A stretch of 64,000 nucleotides of DNA, taken from the NCBI GenBank assembly GCA_964571695.1, contig CAZNDG010000008.1, positions 15,492 to 79,491 of the forward strand, in the 5' to 3' direction. This document shows, piece after piece, positions 40,757 to 51,319 of this stretch; within the stretch, counting starts at the first letter, position 1; each line of letters starts with the position of its first letter. Origin of the DNA: an uncultured Syntrophus sp. Its GTDB lineage: Bacteria; Desulfobacterota; Syntrophia; Syntrophales; UBA8958. The position numbers and the translations under genes were made by a program. The notes under the pieces are model-generated. The model was not told the DNA's origin. It saw only the letters and a program-made list of their open reading frames with translations, and searched no databases.

Positions 40757-42982
40757 ATGGGAATAATATTGGGGATCAATCAGGGGGAGGAAAGATTCCT
40801 TCCGACGCGTTCCGGCGACGAGTGGCTCGAGGTCAACGGCCGGGGCGGCTATGCCTCCAGCACCCTGCTGAACTGTCATACCCGCAAATACCATGGTCTC
40901 CTCGTTGCTAAACTGGTCGCGCCGCCGGGGCGTTATGTCCTCCTGTCCAAATTCGAGGACACCGTCATCTGCGGAGGCCGCCGGGAGGCCCTGAGCTGTC
41001 ACGAGTACCCCGGTGTTTTTTTCCCGGAGGAATATTCTTTTCTTAAAGAATATCAGCAGGATCTATACCCGTCTTTTCTCTTTTCCGGCGACGGGCTCCG
41101 GATCAGAAAATCAGTCCTCCTCGTGACGGACGAGGACAGTCTCCTGATCCGTTACGATCCCGAAGCTTGTCCGGCATCGGGGGTGCTGAGGTTGCGGCCC
41201 TTCGTGGCCTACCGGGATTACCACCGCCTGAGCAAGGAGAACCCGTTTCTCAAGGGCAATGCCGCCGCGATCAAAAACGGTTTTTCCCTCAGGCCTTACG
41301 CGGGAATGCCGCCCCTGGTCATCCAGACAAACCTGCGGCCCCGCTGGCAACCGGCGCCTTTATGGTACCATAACTTCGAATATGCCGAAGAAGCGGCCCG
41401 GGGCTATGAACATTCCGAAGATCTCTTCAGTCCCGGGCTCCTGGAGGTGCCGCTCCGGCAGGGCAAGACGGTTCTGGTCCTTGCCTCCCTTACCCCCTTC
41501 TACGGGCGGTTGAGCAAGAAATGGGACGATGAGGTGCGCCGCCGCCGGGAGGTCCGGGACAAGGATGATCGGACCATAGGGATCCTGGCTTCCGGGGGGG
41601 CGCCGGCGGGGAGGCAATTCCCGGGGACGGGAGAGGCATCCGCGGCGTCCGGCGACGACCCCGGCGGAGAAGCGAAAATCGCGGGCCATAGGATGTCTCC
41701 CGGCAATACTGCCGCCGGGACCGCCGGGGAAAGTACCGATCGGGAAATCGTCGCGGCAGTGGCCGTGGAAGAAAAACGGGACATCGCCATCCCGGAAGCC
41801 GACTCTGCCGGGATCGCCGCGGAGCGGGAATTGCTCGGCATCCTCCTGCAGGCGGGAAGACGCTTCCTGATCCGCACCGCCGCGGGGCATCCGGCGATCA
41901 TCGCCGGTTATCCCTGGTTCGGGGAATGGGGACGGGACACCCTGCTGTCCCTGCCGGGACTTGCCTTTTGTTCCGGCCGCCGCCGGGAGGGACTGGAGCT
42001 TCTCGTCCGGATGGCCCGGTTCGAGCGCCAGGGTCTCCTGCCCAACGTCTTCTCCGAACGGGACGCCGATCATGCCTACAATACCGTTGACGCCCCCCTG
42101 TGGTTCTTCTGGGCTGTCCAGCAACTTCTTCTTGACGACGCCGGCGACCGGACCCAGGCGGTGGTGGAGAAGAATCTCTGGCCGGTGATGAAAAACATCC
42201 TTCGCCAGTTCATTCACGGCACCATATTCAACATCTACATGGACGACAACGGTCTGATCCATGCCGGCGCGGATAACCGGGCGCTGACCTGGATGGACGC
42301 CTGCATCGACAACCGCCCCGTGACGCCCCGCCACGGTTACCCCGTGGAGGTTAACGCCCTGTGGTACAATGCCGTCCGCTTTGCCGCCGAACTGGCCGCC
42401 CGGTTCGGGGACCGGGAGTTCTACTTTGACGATCTCATCGAAAAAATTCGCCGGTCTTTTCTGGAGATCTTCTGGAACGACGATGATGCCTGCCTGGGGG
42501 ATGTTTACCGGTCCGGGCGCCTAGACAGATCCATCCGTCCCAATCAGATTTTCGCCGTCTCGCTGCCCCATTCCCCATTGGCGCCGGCCCAGGAGCGCCT
42601 GGTGGTGAAAAAGGTGCAGGACGAACTCCTCACCCCCGTTGGGATCCGTACCCTTTCCCCCCGGGATCCTTGCTATCGGGGCCGTTACGCCGGCTCGCCC
42701 GCCGAACGGGATGGGGCCTATCACCAGGGTACGGTCTGGCCCTGGCTTTGGGGACCCTTCGGAGAGGCCTGGCTCAAGGTCGCCGACGACCGGGAGAAGG
42801 TAAAGACGACCCTTCGGGATCGCCTCCGCACCTTCCTGACCGGCCATTTCCGGGTGGCGGGGATCGGTTGCATCTCCGAGGTCTTCGACGGCGATTACCC
42901 CCACCGGCCCGGGGGCTGCATCGCCCAGGCCTGGTCCACGGCGGAAATCATCCGTCTTTACACCCTCATCGGCAGATCGTAG
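40757..42982 (+). CDS. glycogen debranching enzyme (amylo-alpha-1,6-glucosidase, GDE_N plus GDE_C, archaeal/bacterial type)
   Basis: EWLEVNGRGGYASSTLLNCHTRKYHGLL N-terminus; (alpha/alpha)6 C-domain motifs (GYPWFGEWGRDT, DAPLWFF, YHQGTVWPW). Trimmed to ATG 40757. Confidence 0.8.
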   Translation: MGIILGINQGEERFLPTRSGDEWLEVNGRGGYASSTLLNCHTRKYHGLLVAKLVAPPGRYVLLSKFEDTVICGGRREALSCHEYPGVFFPEEYSFLKEYQQDLYPSFLFSGDGLRIRKSVLLVTDEDSLLIRYDPEACPASGVLRLRPFVAYRDYHRLSKENPFLKGNAAAIKNGFSLRPYAGMPPLVIQTNLRPRWQPAPLWYHNFEYAEEAARGYEHSEDLFSPGLLEVPLRQGKTVLVLASLTPFYGRLSKKWDDEVRRRREVRDKDDRTIGILASGGAPAGRQFPGTGEASAASGDDPGGEAKIAGHRMSPGNTAAGTAGESTDREIVAAVAVEEKRDIAIPEADSAGIAAERELLGILLQAGRRFLIRTAAGHPAIIAGYPWFGEWGRDTLLSLPGLAFCSGRRREGLELLVRMARFERQGLLPNVFSERDADHAYNTVDAPLWFFWAVQQLLLDDAGDRTQAVVEKNLWPVMKNILRQFIHGTIFNIYMDDNGLIHAGADNRALTWMDACIDNRPVTPRHGYPVEVNALWYNAVRFAAELAARFGDREFYFDDLIEKIRRSFLEIFWNDDDACLGDVYRSGRLDRSIRPNQIFAVSLPHSPLAPAQERLVVKKVQDELLTPVGIRTLSPRDPCYRGRYAGSPAERDGAYHQGTVWPWLWGPFGEAWLKVADDREKVKTTLRDRLRTFLTGHFRVAGIGCISEVFDGDYPHRPGGCIAQAWSTAEIIRLYTLIGRS

Positions 42983-43021
42983 CGGTTGCCGTTGACCGTG
43001 CATAAACGCGGTGCAATTGAT

Positions 43022-44587
43022 ATGACGGGGAACGGCAGCCGGGCGGGAGGAAACAGATTCTGGGGGGAAACGACGGCCTTTCTCGCCCTGTTTCTCGACA
43101 ACGTCGGGGTGCTGATCTTCCTAAGCGCGATCCTGGTTTTCACCTTCAATTATCCCGCGGAGATCGTCCTTACCCGCATGATCCCCGGTACGGCCGTGGG
43201 CGTTTTCTGCGGCGACCTCGTCTATACCTGGATGGCCGTCCGTCTGAGGAAGAAGACCGGGCGGACCGACGTTACCGCCATGCCCCTGGGTCTGGATACG
43301 CCCTCCACCATCGGGATCGCCTATGCCGTCCTCGGACCGGCCTATGTGGCCACCCGGGACGCCGAACTCACCTGGCATATCGGCATGGCCACCCTGTTCA
43401 TGATCGGCGCCGTCAAGATCGTCACGTCCTTCTGCGGCGCCTGGCTGCAACGCGTCATTCCCACCGCCGGGCTTTTGGGCCCCCTGGCGGGGATCGGTCT
43501 TTTGCTTTTGGGTTTTCTTCCCCTTCTGGATGTCTTCGGCGAGCCCATCGTGGGTCTCACCGCCCTGGGGATCGTCTTTGCCGTTTTCCTTGCCCGGATG
43601 GAGCTTCCAGGCCGGATGCCCGGAATCCTCGTGGCCGTCGTTTTGGGGACGCTGATCCATCTCATCCTCGGATACGGGGGCTATCTGCCGGAATTCCGCC
43701 CCCCGTCCCTGGAAATGAAACTCTATATCCCCGTTTTTTCTCTCGAATTTCTAAAAAGCCTGCCCCAGAGCCTGCCTTATCTGTCCATTGCCATCCCCTT
43801 CGGGATCATGACCATCATCGGGGGCATCGACAATACGGAGAGCGCCCGGCTGGCCGGGGACGCCTACCGGAGCAGGGACATACTCCTCACCGAGGCCTTC
43901 ACCTCGCTCATTGCCTCCTTCTTCGGCGGCGTGGCCCAGACCACTCCCTACATCGGTCACCCGGCGTACAAGAAGATGGGGGGAACCTACTGGTACACCC
44001 TCTTCACGGGGGTGCTGATCGGGGTGGGGGCGGTGGTCGGATTGTTGTCGTTGTTCGTGGCGGTCATCCCCCGGGCGGCCCTGGCCCCCATTTTTATGTT
44101 CATCGGCTTCGAGATGACGCGGCAGGCTTATCAGGAAGCGCCGTTGCGTCATTCCCCGGCGGTTAGCATCTGCTTTCTCCCCGTGGCGGCCAACATGATG
44201 CTTATCATCCTCGGTCAATTCCTGGGCCCCCTGGCGATCGCGCCGGACACACTGCCGCCACGCCTCCAGATCCTCCATCAGAACCTGACGGTATTGAGCA
44301 ACGGTTTCATCGTCACCGGACTCCTCTGGGGGAGCATGCTGGCCTTTCTCATCGACGGCCGAAAGTGCCGGGCCTCCCTTTGCGCCGTCATCTGCGCCCT
44401 CTTCAGCCTTTGCGGCATCATCCATTCGGTGCTGCCTTCGGGGGAGATCTATCCGCCCTGGCGGCCGGCCGGTTATGCCCATTATCTCGTCGCGGCCGGA
44501 TATGGGTTGCTGGCGGTCGTTTTCGCCGTCCTCCGGCCCAAAGAGGTGGGGGACGACAAGATCTCAAGGAGTGATGGCGGCGGTTGA
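43022..44587 (+). CDS. polytopic permease (NCS2/APC-superfamily-like), substrate unknown
   Basis: More than 10 hydrophobic segments; resembles xanthine/uracil-permease-like families. The start is uncertain (TTG 42986 or ATG 43022). Confidence 0.45.
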   Translation: MTGNGSRAGGNRFWGETTAFLALFLDNVGVLIFLSAILVFTFNYPAEIVLTRMIPGTAVGVFCGDLVYTWMAVRLRKKTGRTDVTAMPLGLDTPSTIGIAYAVLGPAYVATRDAELTWHIGMATLFMIGAVKIVTSFCGAWLQRVIPTAGLLGPLAGIGLLLLGFLPLLDVFGEPIVGLTALGIVFAVFLARMELPGRMPGILVAVVLGTLIHLILGYGGYLPEFRPPSLEMKLYIPVFSLEFLKSLPQSLPYLSIAIPFGIMTIIGGIDNTESARLAGDAYRSRDILLTEAFTSLIASFFGGVAQTTPYIGHPAYKKMGGTYWYTLFTGVLIGVGAVVGLLSLFVAVIPRAALAPIFMFIGFEMTRQAYQEAPLRHSPAVSICFLPVAANMMLIILGQFLGPLAIAPDTLPPRLQILHQNLTVLSNGFIVTGLLWGSMLAFLIDGRKCRASLCAVICALFSLCGIIHSVLPSGEIYPPWRPAGYAHYLVAAGYGLLAVVFAVLRPKEVGDDKISRSDGGG

Positions 44588-44709
44588 CGATAGCCCCGGA
44601 GGTGGAAATCCCGCCGCCGGATAGGATGCATGAAGATACGTGCAGATGCCCCGCAACGACGGGTGTGCGGGGTGATGAAGAGCGCTGGGCTCGGGAGGAG
44701 GAGGTCGCT

Positions 44710-45585
44710 ATGCCATACTATGTAACGGACGATCATGTCCGCCTGTACTACGAGGTGCGGGGAAAAGGACGGCCGGTGGTGCTCATCCACGGCCTGACGG
44801 CCAACCGCCGTCACTTCCGCAAACAGACGCCGGAGCTGTCCGGAGAATTCCAGGTCGTCACCCTGGATCTCCGCGGTCACGGGGACTCGGAGGCGCCGGA
44901 GCACGGCCTGACCCTGCCGCGCCTGGCCCGGGACCTCAGGGAACTGATGGAATATCTGGAACTCAAGGACCTTTCCGTGGTGGGCTGGTCCCTGGGGGCC
45001 CATGTCATCTTCGAGTACGTGAAGCAGTATTCCTGCCGGGGGATAGCGAAGGTCGCGGTGATCGACATGGCCCCCCGACTCCTGAAGGCCCCGGACTGGC
45101 CCTGGGGTCTTCCCGGTGTCTTCAGCAGGAAGACGGGGGATTTCGGTCCCGAGGACAACCTTGTCATGCTGGGAGCCATGCTTGGCGACTGGGAGGCCTA
45201 CAGCCGGATCGTCGCCCAGCGGATCCTGAACAAGTCCCTTTTCGACGACCGGATGGAATTCGACGACCGGGGGGATTTCAAAGGCAAGGCGGATCTTCCC
45301 TGGCTGTATGCCGAGGCCCGGCGGAACACCCCCCATGTTATCATTGCCCTCTGGATTTCTCTGTCCCTCCAGGATTACCGGCCGGTTTTGAAGGAGATCA
45401 CGGCGCCATGCCTGTTGGCCTACGGTATGGAAAGCAACTACTATCCCCCGGAGAATTACGCCTTCATGGCGGAGGCGATGCCACGGGCCCGGACGGTTTC
45501 CTTTGCCGGCTGCGGCCATGCCCTGCACATCCAGGATCCCGAAAGGTTCAACCGGGAACTGATCGACTTCCTGCGGGAAGAGTGA
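44710..45585 (+). CDS. alpha/beta-fold hydrolase
   Basis: VVLIHGLTANRRHF, nucleophile elbow GWSLGA, C-terminal GCGHALHIQDPERF. ATG 44710 preceded by GGGAGGAGGAGG. Confidence 0.75.
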   Translation: MPYYVTDDHVRLYYEVRGKGRPVVLIHGLTANRRHFRKQTPELSGEFQVVTLDLRGHGDSEAPEHGLTLPRLARDLRELMEYLELKDLSVVGWSLGAHVIFEYVKQYSCRGIAKVAVIDMAPRLLKAPDWPWGLPGVFSRKTGDFGPEDNLVMLGAMLGDWEAYSRIVAQRILNKSLFDDRMEFDDRGDFKGKADLPWLYAEARRNTPHVIIALWISLSLQDYRPVLKEITAPCLLAYGMESNYYPPENYAFMAEAMPRARTVSFAGCGHALHIQDPERFNRELIDFLREE

Positions 45586-45600
45586 ACACGGAGGCGCCGC

Positions 45601-46749
45601 CTACCGGAGCATGATGAGGAAGAGACCCGCGGCCACCGCCGTGCCGATCACGCCGGCCACGTTGGGCCCCATGGCGTGCATCAGGAGGAAGTTGTGCTTG
45701 TCTGCCTTCTGGCCTTCGACCTGGGATACCCGGGCCGCCATGGGTACGGCGGAGACCCCGGCGGAGCCGATCAGGGGGTTGATCTTCTCTTTCAGAAACA
45801 GATTCATGAGTTTGGCCATGAGCACCCCCCCGGCGGTGCTCATGGAGAAGGCGACGATGCCGAGGATGAAGATGAAGATCGGCTGCGGCTTGAGAAAGGA
45901 TTCGGCGTTCATCGTCGCTCCCACGGACAGCCCCAGGAAGATGGTGACGATGTTCAATAGTTCGTTCTGGGCGGCATGGCTCAGCCGCTGGACCACCCCG
46001 CTTTCCCGGAAGAGGTTGCCGAGAAACATCATCCCCATGAGCGGCGCCGCGGGCGGTACGAGGAGGCAGATCACCACGGTGCCCAGGAGGGGAAAGATGA
46101 TCTTTTCTCTCTTGCTGACGGCTCGCATCTGCTTCATCTTGATTTTACGTTCCGCCTCGGTGGTGAGAAGCCGCATGATCGGCGGCTGGATCAAGGGCAC
46201 CATAGCCATGTAGGAATAGGCCGCCAAGGCGTTGGCCCCCAACAGATGGGGGGCGAGGATGGCGGTGAGATAGATGCAGGTCGGGCCGTCCGCCCCGCCG
46301 ATGATGCCGATGGAGGCCGCCTCCTTGATGCTGAATCCGAAGAGGAGGGCGGAAAAGAAGGAGATGTAAACCCCCAACTGGGCCGCTGCCCCGAGGATCA
46401 ACACCTTGGGGTTCGCGATCATCGGTCCGAAGTCGGTCAGGGCACCGACGCCCATGAAGATGAGGCAGGGGATCAGTTCGTTGGCGACGCCGTAATCGTA
46501 GAACCATTGAATCAGATTGCGGTGCGCCTCACCGCCGTGGTGGGAGAAGCCCATGATCGGCGCCAGGGGGAGATTGGCCAGGAGGATGCCGAAACCGATG
46601 GGGACCAGCAACAGGGGCTCGAAGCCTTTCTTGATGGCCAGATAGATGAATAGAAACGATACGAGCCACATGACCAGATGGCCGATCTGGAGATAGAAGA
46701 AGCCGGTGTTGACGATTACCTGATTCAGCATGGGAAAATTCTCAACCAT
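45601..46749 (-). CDS. Na+-translocating decarboxylase beta subunit (OadB/GcdB/MmdB family)
   Basis: Polytopic, with family-typical segments ([51 protein letters not shown]). Confidence 0.85.
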   Translation of the reverse strand: MVENFPMLNQVIVNTGFFYLQIGHLVMWLVSFLFIYLAIKKGFEPLLLVPIGFGILLANLPLAPIMGFSHHGGEAHRNLIQWFYDYGVANELIPCLIFMGVGALTDFGPMIANPKVLILGAAAQLGVYISFFSALLFGFSIKEAASIGIIGGADGPTCIYLTAILAPHLLGANALAAYSYMAMVPLIQPPIMRLLTTEAERKIKMKQMRAVSKREKIIFPLLGTVVICLLVPPAAPLMGMMFLGNLFRESGVVQRLSHAAQNELLNIVTIFLGLSVGATMNAESFLKPQPIFIFILGIVAFSMSTAGGVLMAKLMNLFLKEKINPLIGSAGVSAVPMAARVSQVEGQKADKHNFLLMHAMGPNVAGVIGTAVAAGLFLIMLR

Positions 46750-46912
46750 TGGCCTGGTCCTCTTTCCGGGCGGTCTTGGCCGTTGGTTTTTTATTCCCGG
46801 TGAAGATGCTCATGGCCATTACGCTCAGCATCAACAACACGAGGCTCAAAAATACTCCTGTGAATCCGCCTACAAACACCATCAGGGCCTGTGACCAAAT
46901 CGCATCGTTCAC
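46742..46912 (-). CDS. OadG-like small membrane subunit of the Na+-translocating decarboxylase (56 aa, below the ORF-track length cutoff)
   Basis: Hand translation from GTG 46912 (AAGGAA SD): [56 protein letters not shown]. Single TM plus a basic tail. Its stop overlaps the oadB-like ATG (ATGGTTGA). Confidence 0.6.
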   Translation of the reverse strand: MNDAIWSQALMVFVGGFTGVFLSLVLLMLSVMAMSIFTGNKKPTAKTARKEDQANG

Positions 46913-46950
46913 GTCTGTTTCCTTTCCCGTTCTTTATTCAAAGGCGCCGG

Positions 46951-46979
46951 ATCTTATAAAAAAACTTTGCCGGTGTCAA
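46951..46979 (-). promoter_or_regulatory. candidate sigma70 promoter of the oadG/oadB-like pair
   Basis: Minus strand: TTGACA (46979-46974), 17-nt spacer, TAAGAT (46956-46951). About 32-nt leader to GTG 46912. Confidence 0.4.
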
Positions 46980-47196
46980 TTTATGATTCCGGTTCTCCTT
47001 TCTGCATCTTAAATCTTCCCGGTGTCCCGCAATTCACCGCCCCGTCCCTGTGTCCCGTTTCCGACCGACATCCGGTTTGCCTGCCGCGGTCGAAACCGTG
47101 GCGATGGACGCCGACGGAACAGCGGATCTTATTTGCCGGGGGGTAAGGAGATGGGGCAGCAACGGGAACTTCACGGGATGGTTGGCGCCGCGTCTG

Positions 47197-47233
47197 AAAA
47201 AGGAGGAGACCGGGGAATGACGCTTCCCCGGTC
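47197..47233 (-). terminator. intrinsic terminator downstream of the transporter gene
   Basis: Minus strand: GACCGGGGAA-GCGTCA-TTCCCCGGTC (10-bp stem) followed by TCCTCCTTTTT. Confidence 0.5.
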
Positions 47234-47296
47234 CGAATAACACCCGGCCGCTCAAAACCGGGCATATTGATTTCTGAATAATGTTCTTTGAATTTT

Positions 47297-47328
47297 CTAC
47301 CGGCCGCCGGTTTCGGGGCGGCCGGTAG
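47297..47328. other. perfect 12-bp GC-rich inverted repeat 25 nt after the transporter stop codon
   Basis: CTACCGGCCGCC-GGTTTCGG-GGCGGCCGGTAG. No U-tract on either strand. Confidence 0.5.
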
Positions 47329-47353
47329 AAATCCTTATCTCAATAAACCAAAA

Positions 47354-48082
47354 TTACTTCACCAACGGTTTGGGTACGAAGTAGATCGCTTTCCCATAGA
47401 CGGTGTTGCAGGTAATGGCCCCGGCCATGTAAATGCCGATCCAGCCCACGATTATCAACAGCCATCCCGCAAAGGGCTTCAGGACCTTCGGATCCCCGAA
47501 CCAGCCGGAATCCATGCCCACGATGCACCACAGAACGATATCGACCAGGATGACGAGGATGAACATGGCCGCGCTGCTCTTGGCGTAAGCGGGCGTAACG
47601 GCCGTCAGGAAACCCGCGCCGGCCATCCAGAGCCAACCTTCCACATGGACGGCCTTGCCGACCATGGCGCCTACGGCCTTGCCGATGCCGGCCTTAGCCG
47701 CTGCGAGCTGCTCCGGCGTAAGCATCTTCACATCCGTGACCCCGGCCGCGGCCATGGCGGCGTCCATGGACTCCTTGGCCGCCTTGGGAATGAAGATGAA
47801 ACTAATGGAATACCATTTGGCGAAGACGCTGAGCGCCGCCGCAAGCATGAAGAATGCCGAGAAGAACAGAAAGACGTTGCCGCCGGTGATGTTATGATCC
47901 TTCAATTCCATCACCGCCACGGTGTACTGAACGAGACAACCGCCGAGGAGCCAGGCCGCCAGCAGGGGAAAACCGGAGATATCCACTTTACCAAGAAACA
48001 CCGCCCCAAAACCGAAACAGGCCACGGCCAGCGCGGCCAGGCCTCCAGGACCTGGAGTTGCGAAACTATGTTCGTGTGCCAT
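47354..48082 (-). CDS. GPR1/FUN34/YaaH (SatP-type acetate/succinate channel) family protein with an internal Ala-rich insert
   Basis: N-terminal ATPGPGGLAALAVACFGFG resembles the NPAPLGL signature. Six hydrophobic segments. Strong AAGGAGGG SD. Confidence 0.5.
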   Translation of the reverse strand: MAHEHSFATPGPGGLAALAVACFGFGAVFLGKVDISGFPLLAAWLLGGCLVQYTVAVMELKDHNITGGNVFLFFSAFFMLAAALSVFAKWYSISFIFIPKAAKESMDAAMAAAGVTDVKMLTPEQLAAAKAGIGKAVGAMVGKAVHVEGWLWMAGAGFLTAVTPAYAKSSAAMFILVILVDIVLWCIVGMDSGWFGDPKVLKPFAGWLLIIVGWIGIYMAGAITCNTVYGKAIYFVPKPLVK

Positions 48083-48596
48083 AAAAAACCCTCCTTATTT
48101 CTTCATTACGATAAGAAAATAATAAAATGAAGCGATCAAACTAATCTAAACATGCCATTTGCCGCTTTTTTCTCCTTCTCATCCCCCCTTTCCCCACAAC
48201 AGTCTCCTCTTCTCCGCAAATCAAGCGATTTGCCTTTCCGTCAAAAGGTAATTGCCAAATTATGGATAAAAAATTATTCGCTGTTCCGACATGGAAGCTA
48301 CGTGAATCGAAATCGACCACATCCGCCCGCCCCTCCGGGGGCGAATGGAGATCGCCACTCCGCCGCAAAACCAAGCCGTAACAGTCCCGGTCGCGGAGCT
48401 TGCCGATGTGCTCTTTTCCTCACCTTTTCCATATCTAAAAGTGTGCCAGAAAAATATCTTCATGAAATCGAATACTTGCAATAAAGAGAATGAAGAAATC
48501 ACGATATTTAGCGAAATCGGTTGTGAAATAAGGCGATCTCCGTTATATATCGCCCGGCCGCGGAGGCCCAGATCTCGAAAAAGGGGAAAAATCAAC

Positions 48597-50183
48597 ATGG
48601 ACGAGTTAGGAAACGAATTTTTCCGGCAGGCCACCATCCGGCTCTGCAGCAGTCTGGAAATAGAAAAGGAGATGTTCAACTGTCTCGCCTATCTGCGGAA
48701 TTATCTGCCCGCCCGGGAGATGCTGCTGATCATCTTCGATCCGATCCCGGGGTTGATCCACAATCTGGCCCGGGTGAGTCTGGACGGGATCGGTAAACCC
48801 TTTCGCTCCAAATCACTCTCGGAGGAGGCGATCTGCCGGATCAACTATGACACCGCCACCTGGCAGGAGGTCAAGATTCTCGATCGACTGGAATTGCACC
48901 CTGCCGGTTGGATCCTCTATGACCATGTAAATCTGTCCATGACCTCCATGATGTACATCAGTCTGGTGATTGAAGGAAAACGACTGGGATCGATCGTCTT
49001 TCTGGCGGACGGCAGGGGGATGTTCAAAAGAGAGCATGCCGACCTCATCTCCCAATTGCGGGAACCTTTTATCATCGCCGTCTCCAACGCCCTGCGCTAC
49101 CGGGAGTTGACCAAGCTGAAGGATATCCTGGACGCGGAAAATCAGGACCTCACCCGGGAGCTGAGATATGTTACGGAAGATGATATTGTCGGCGCCGATT
49201 TCGGTCTGAGGCAGGTGATGGAGATGGTCAGGCAGGTGGCCTCCCTCAAGAGCCCCGTGTTGCTCCTGGGAGAGACCGGGGTGGGGAAGGAGGTGGTTGC
49301 CAACGCCATTCATTACGCCTCCCCGCGGCGAGAGCGGCCGCTGGTCAAGGTGAACTGCGGTGCCATTCCCGAGAGCCTCATGGACAGCGAATTATTCGGT
49401 CACGAGCGGGGGGCCTTTACCGGGGCCATCGCCCAGAAGAAGGGCCGCTTCGAGCGGGCCGACAAGGGCAGCATCTTTCTCGACGAGGTTGCCGAACTGC
49501 CGCCGTCCATTCAGGTAAGGCTGCTCCGGGTGCTGCAGAACGGAGAAATCGAGCGGGTGGGAGGGGCGGAAACCATCCCGGTGGATATCCGCGTCATCGC
49601 CGCCACCCATCGCAACCTGGAGGAGATGGTGCGCACCGGCAACTTCCGGGAGGATCTCTGGTTCCGCCTCAATATCTTTCCCATCATAATTCCCCCCCTG
49701 CGGAACAGACAGGGAGACATCCCGAACCTGATCCGTCATTTCATGGAGAAGAAGGCCCGGGAACTGAAGATTCACACCCCGCCGCCCATGTCCGCCCAGG
49801 CCCTGGAAAGGCTCAAGGAGTATCACTGGCCGGGCAATGTCCGGGAGTTGGAAAATCTCGTCGAACGGGAATTGATCAGAAGCAGGGGCACCAACGGCAA
49901 CCGTTTCATGACCTTCGAGCATTTCCGGTGGCCCCGGCGTTCCGGCCCGGCCTGGGGCGTCCCGGAGGGCAACGGGAATGTCCTGACCCTGGACGAGGCG
50001 ATGGCCCAGCATATCCAACTGGCCCTGGAACAGGCCCAGGGCAAGATCTACGGGTCCGACGGCGCGGCCGCTTTGCTGGGAATCAACCCCAACACCCTGC
50101 GCAGCCGGATGAAGAGACTGGGGATCTTTCCGACCGGCTCCCAGAACCGGCGCCGGCTCCGGGAAGTAGCGACGCAAGGTTAA
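48597..50183 (+). CDS. sigma54-dependent transcriptional activator (GAF-like sensor, AAA+ domain, Fis-type HTH)
   Basis: LLLGETGVGKE Walker A, GAFTGA sigma54-contact loop, IFLDEV, C-terminal HTH (AAALLGINPNTLRSRMKRLGI). Trimmed to ATG 48597. Confidence 0.88.
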   Translation: MDELGNEFFRQATIRLCSSLEIEKEMFNCLAYLRNYLPAREMLLIIFDPIPGLIHNLARVSLDGIGKPFRSKSLSEEAICRINYDTATWQEVKILDRLELHPAGWILYDHVNLSMTSMMYISLVIEGKRLGSIVFLADGRGMFKREHADLISQLREPFIIAVSNALRYRELTKLKDILDAENQDLTRELRYVTEDDIVGADFGLRQVMEMVRQVASLKSPVLLLGETGVGKEVVANAIHYASPRRERPLVKVNCGAIPESLMDSELFGHERGAFTGAIAQKKGRFERADKGSIFLDEVAELPPSIQVRLLRVLQNGEIERVGGAETIPVDIRVIAATHRNLEEMVRTGNFREDLWFRLNIFPIIIPPLRNRQGDIPNLIRHFMEKKARELKIHTPPPMSAQALERLKEYHWPGNVRELENLVERELIRSRGTNGNRFMTFEHFRWPRRSGPAWGVPEGNGNVLTLDEAMAQHIQLALEQAQGKIYGSDGAAALLGINPNTLRSRMKRLGIFPTGSQNRRRLREVATQG

Positions 50184-50275
50184 AGATATTGACAGCCGGC
50201 GGAAAATAACCGAGAATGACCTTCCCCTGGAGATGCAGGGTTGGATAGCCGGATCGAATCAACCTCCTGTTCATC

Positions 50276-51292
50276 ATGAAACTGATTTATGCCACCGATG
50301 TTCATGGCTCCTTCGAGCGGGTGCGGGAACTGCTCCGTCTTACCACGGCCGATATTTACATCATCGCGGGCGATCTGGTGGATATACCGTTCTATACCGT
50401 GCAGACGGCGCGTCGTTACCATGACCTCCAGACATATTTTCACAGTCTGAGGCGGGACCGGGGCAAGACGGCCGCCACCCTCGATGATTTCGTCGCGACG
50501 CTCCTGGAGGAGCCCGATCTGCCCGGCGAGGTGTGGGAGAAAGGAGACCGGTTTCGCTACGAGACCATGCGGGCCCGAAATATCCTCCAGATGCACTACC
50601 GGCTTCTGGACAATATCCTCTCCCTGGCCACGGCGGGGACGGCCTTCACCCTGCCGGGCAATCACGACATGGATCTCCGCCATACGAGGCTCCGGCGCCG
50701 GGACCTCCATCTCCAGTGTCACGAGGCAGGCGGGATAAGAATCGCCGGGTACGGGGGAGCGGCGGGAAATACCCCGGGCATCCCGGAACGTTTCGGGGTG
50801 GCCTATCGAGAAGGCGCGGGTGGCGAGAGCGATGAAATGTACCGTTTTTTCCAAGCCGTGCGGCCCGATGTCATCGCCGTACATCAGCCTCCTTATGGAA
50901 TTCACGATTATGCCCCTCCCATGGGCGAAACTGGTTCCCATGCCCTGCGCCGGTATTGCGAACGATACCCCGTGCTCCTCTGCCTCACGGGGCACCTCCA
51001 CGACCAGTGGGGGCTGGAGGAAGTGGAGGACACGGTGTTTCTCAACCCCTCCCATTTCGGGGAAATCGTTCAGGAGAACGGAACGATTGCCGAAGGAGGC
51101 TTCTTCCATGAATTGGAAATTTACGGCCAAAAGATCGGCGGCGTCCGGCACCGGAAACTGGTGGGGGATGTGATCCACGACCTGGTGTTTTATGAGCGCC
51201 GGGAAGGAGAATGGGCCCGGCGGGTGGCGGACCGGGAACGTTACGGGGCGCTGCTGAGGGGGATCAATTGCGAGCCGCCGGGAGACGCTTAG
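50276..51292 (+). CDS. calcineurin-like metallophosphoesterase
   Basis: MKLIYATDVHG, IIAGDLVD, LPGNHD and LTGHLH metal-ligand motifs. Confidence 0.7.
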   Translation: MKLIYATDVHGSFERVRELLRLTTADIYIIAGDLVDIPFYTVQTARRYHDLQTYFHSLRRDRGKTAATLDDFVATLLEEPDLPGEVWEKGDRFRYETMRARNILQMHYRLLDNILSLATAGTAFTLPGNHDMDLRHTRLRRRDLHLQCHEAGGIRIAGYGGAAGNTPGIPERFGVAYREGAGGESDEMYRFFQAVRPDVIAVHQPPYGIHDYAPPMGETGSHALRRYCERYPVLLCLTGHLHDQWGLEEVEDTVFLNPSHFGEIVQENGTIAEGGFFHELEIYGQKIGGVRHRKLVGDVIHDLVFYERREGEWARRVADRERYGALLRGINCEPPGDA

Positions 51293-51319
51293 CGCCGTCG
51301 GCCGGGAAGGGCGGAAGAG

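Noticed and set aside
48083-48596. Expected sigma54 (-24 GG / -12 GC) promoter between the SatP-like gene and the divergent sigma54 activator
   Set aside because: I scanned both strands by eye. Candidates such as TGGCAATTACCTTTTG, TGGCATGTTTAGAT and CTGGCACACTTTTAG lack a correctly spaced TTGC -12 element, so none is reported. A CAAATC-AAGC-GATTTG palindrome (about 48221-48236) was noted but has no supporting context.
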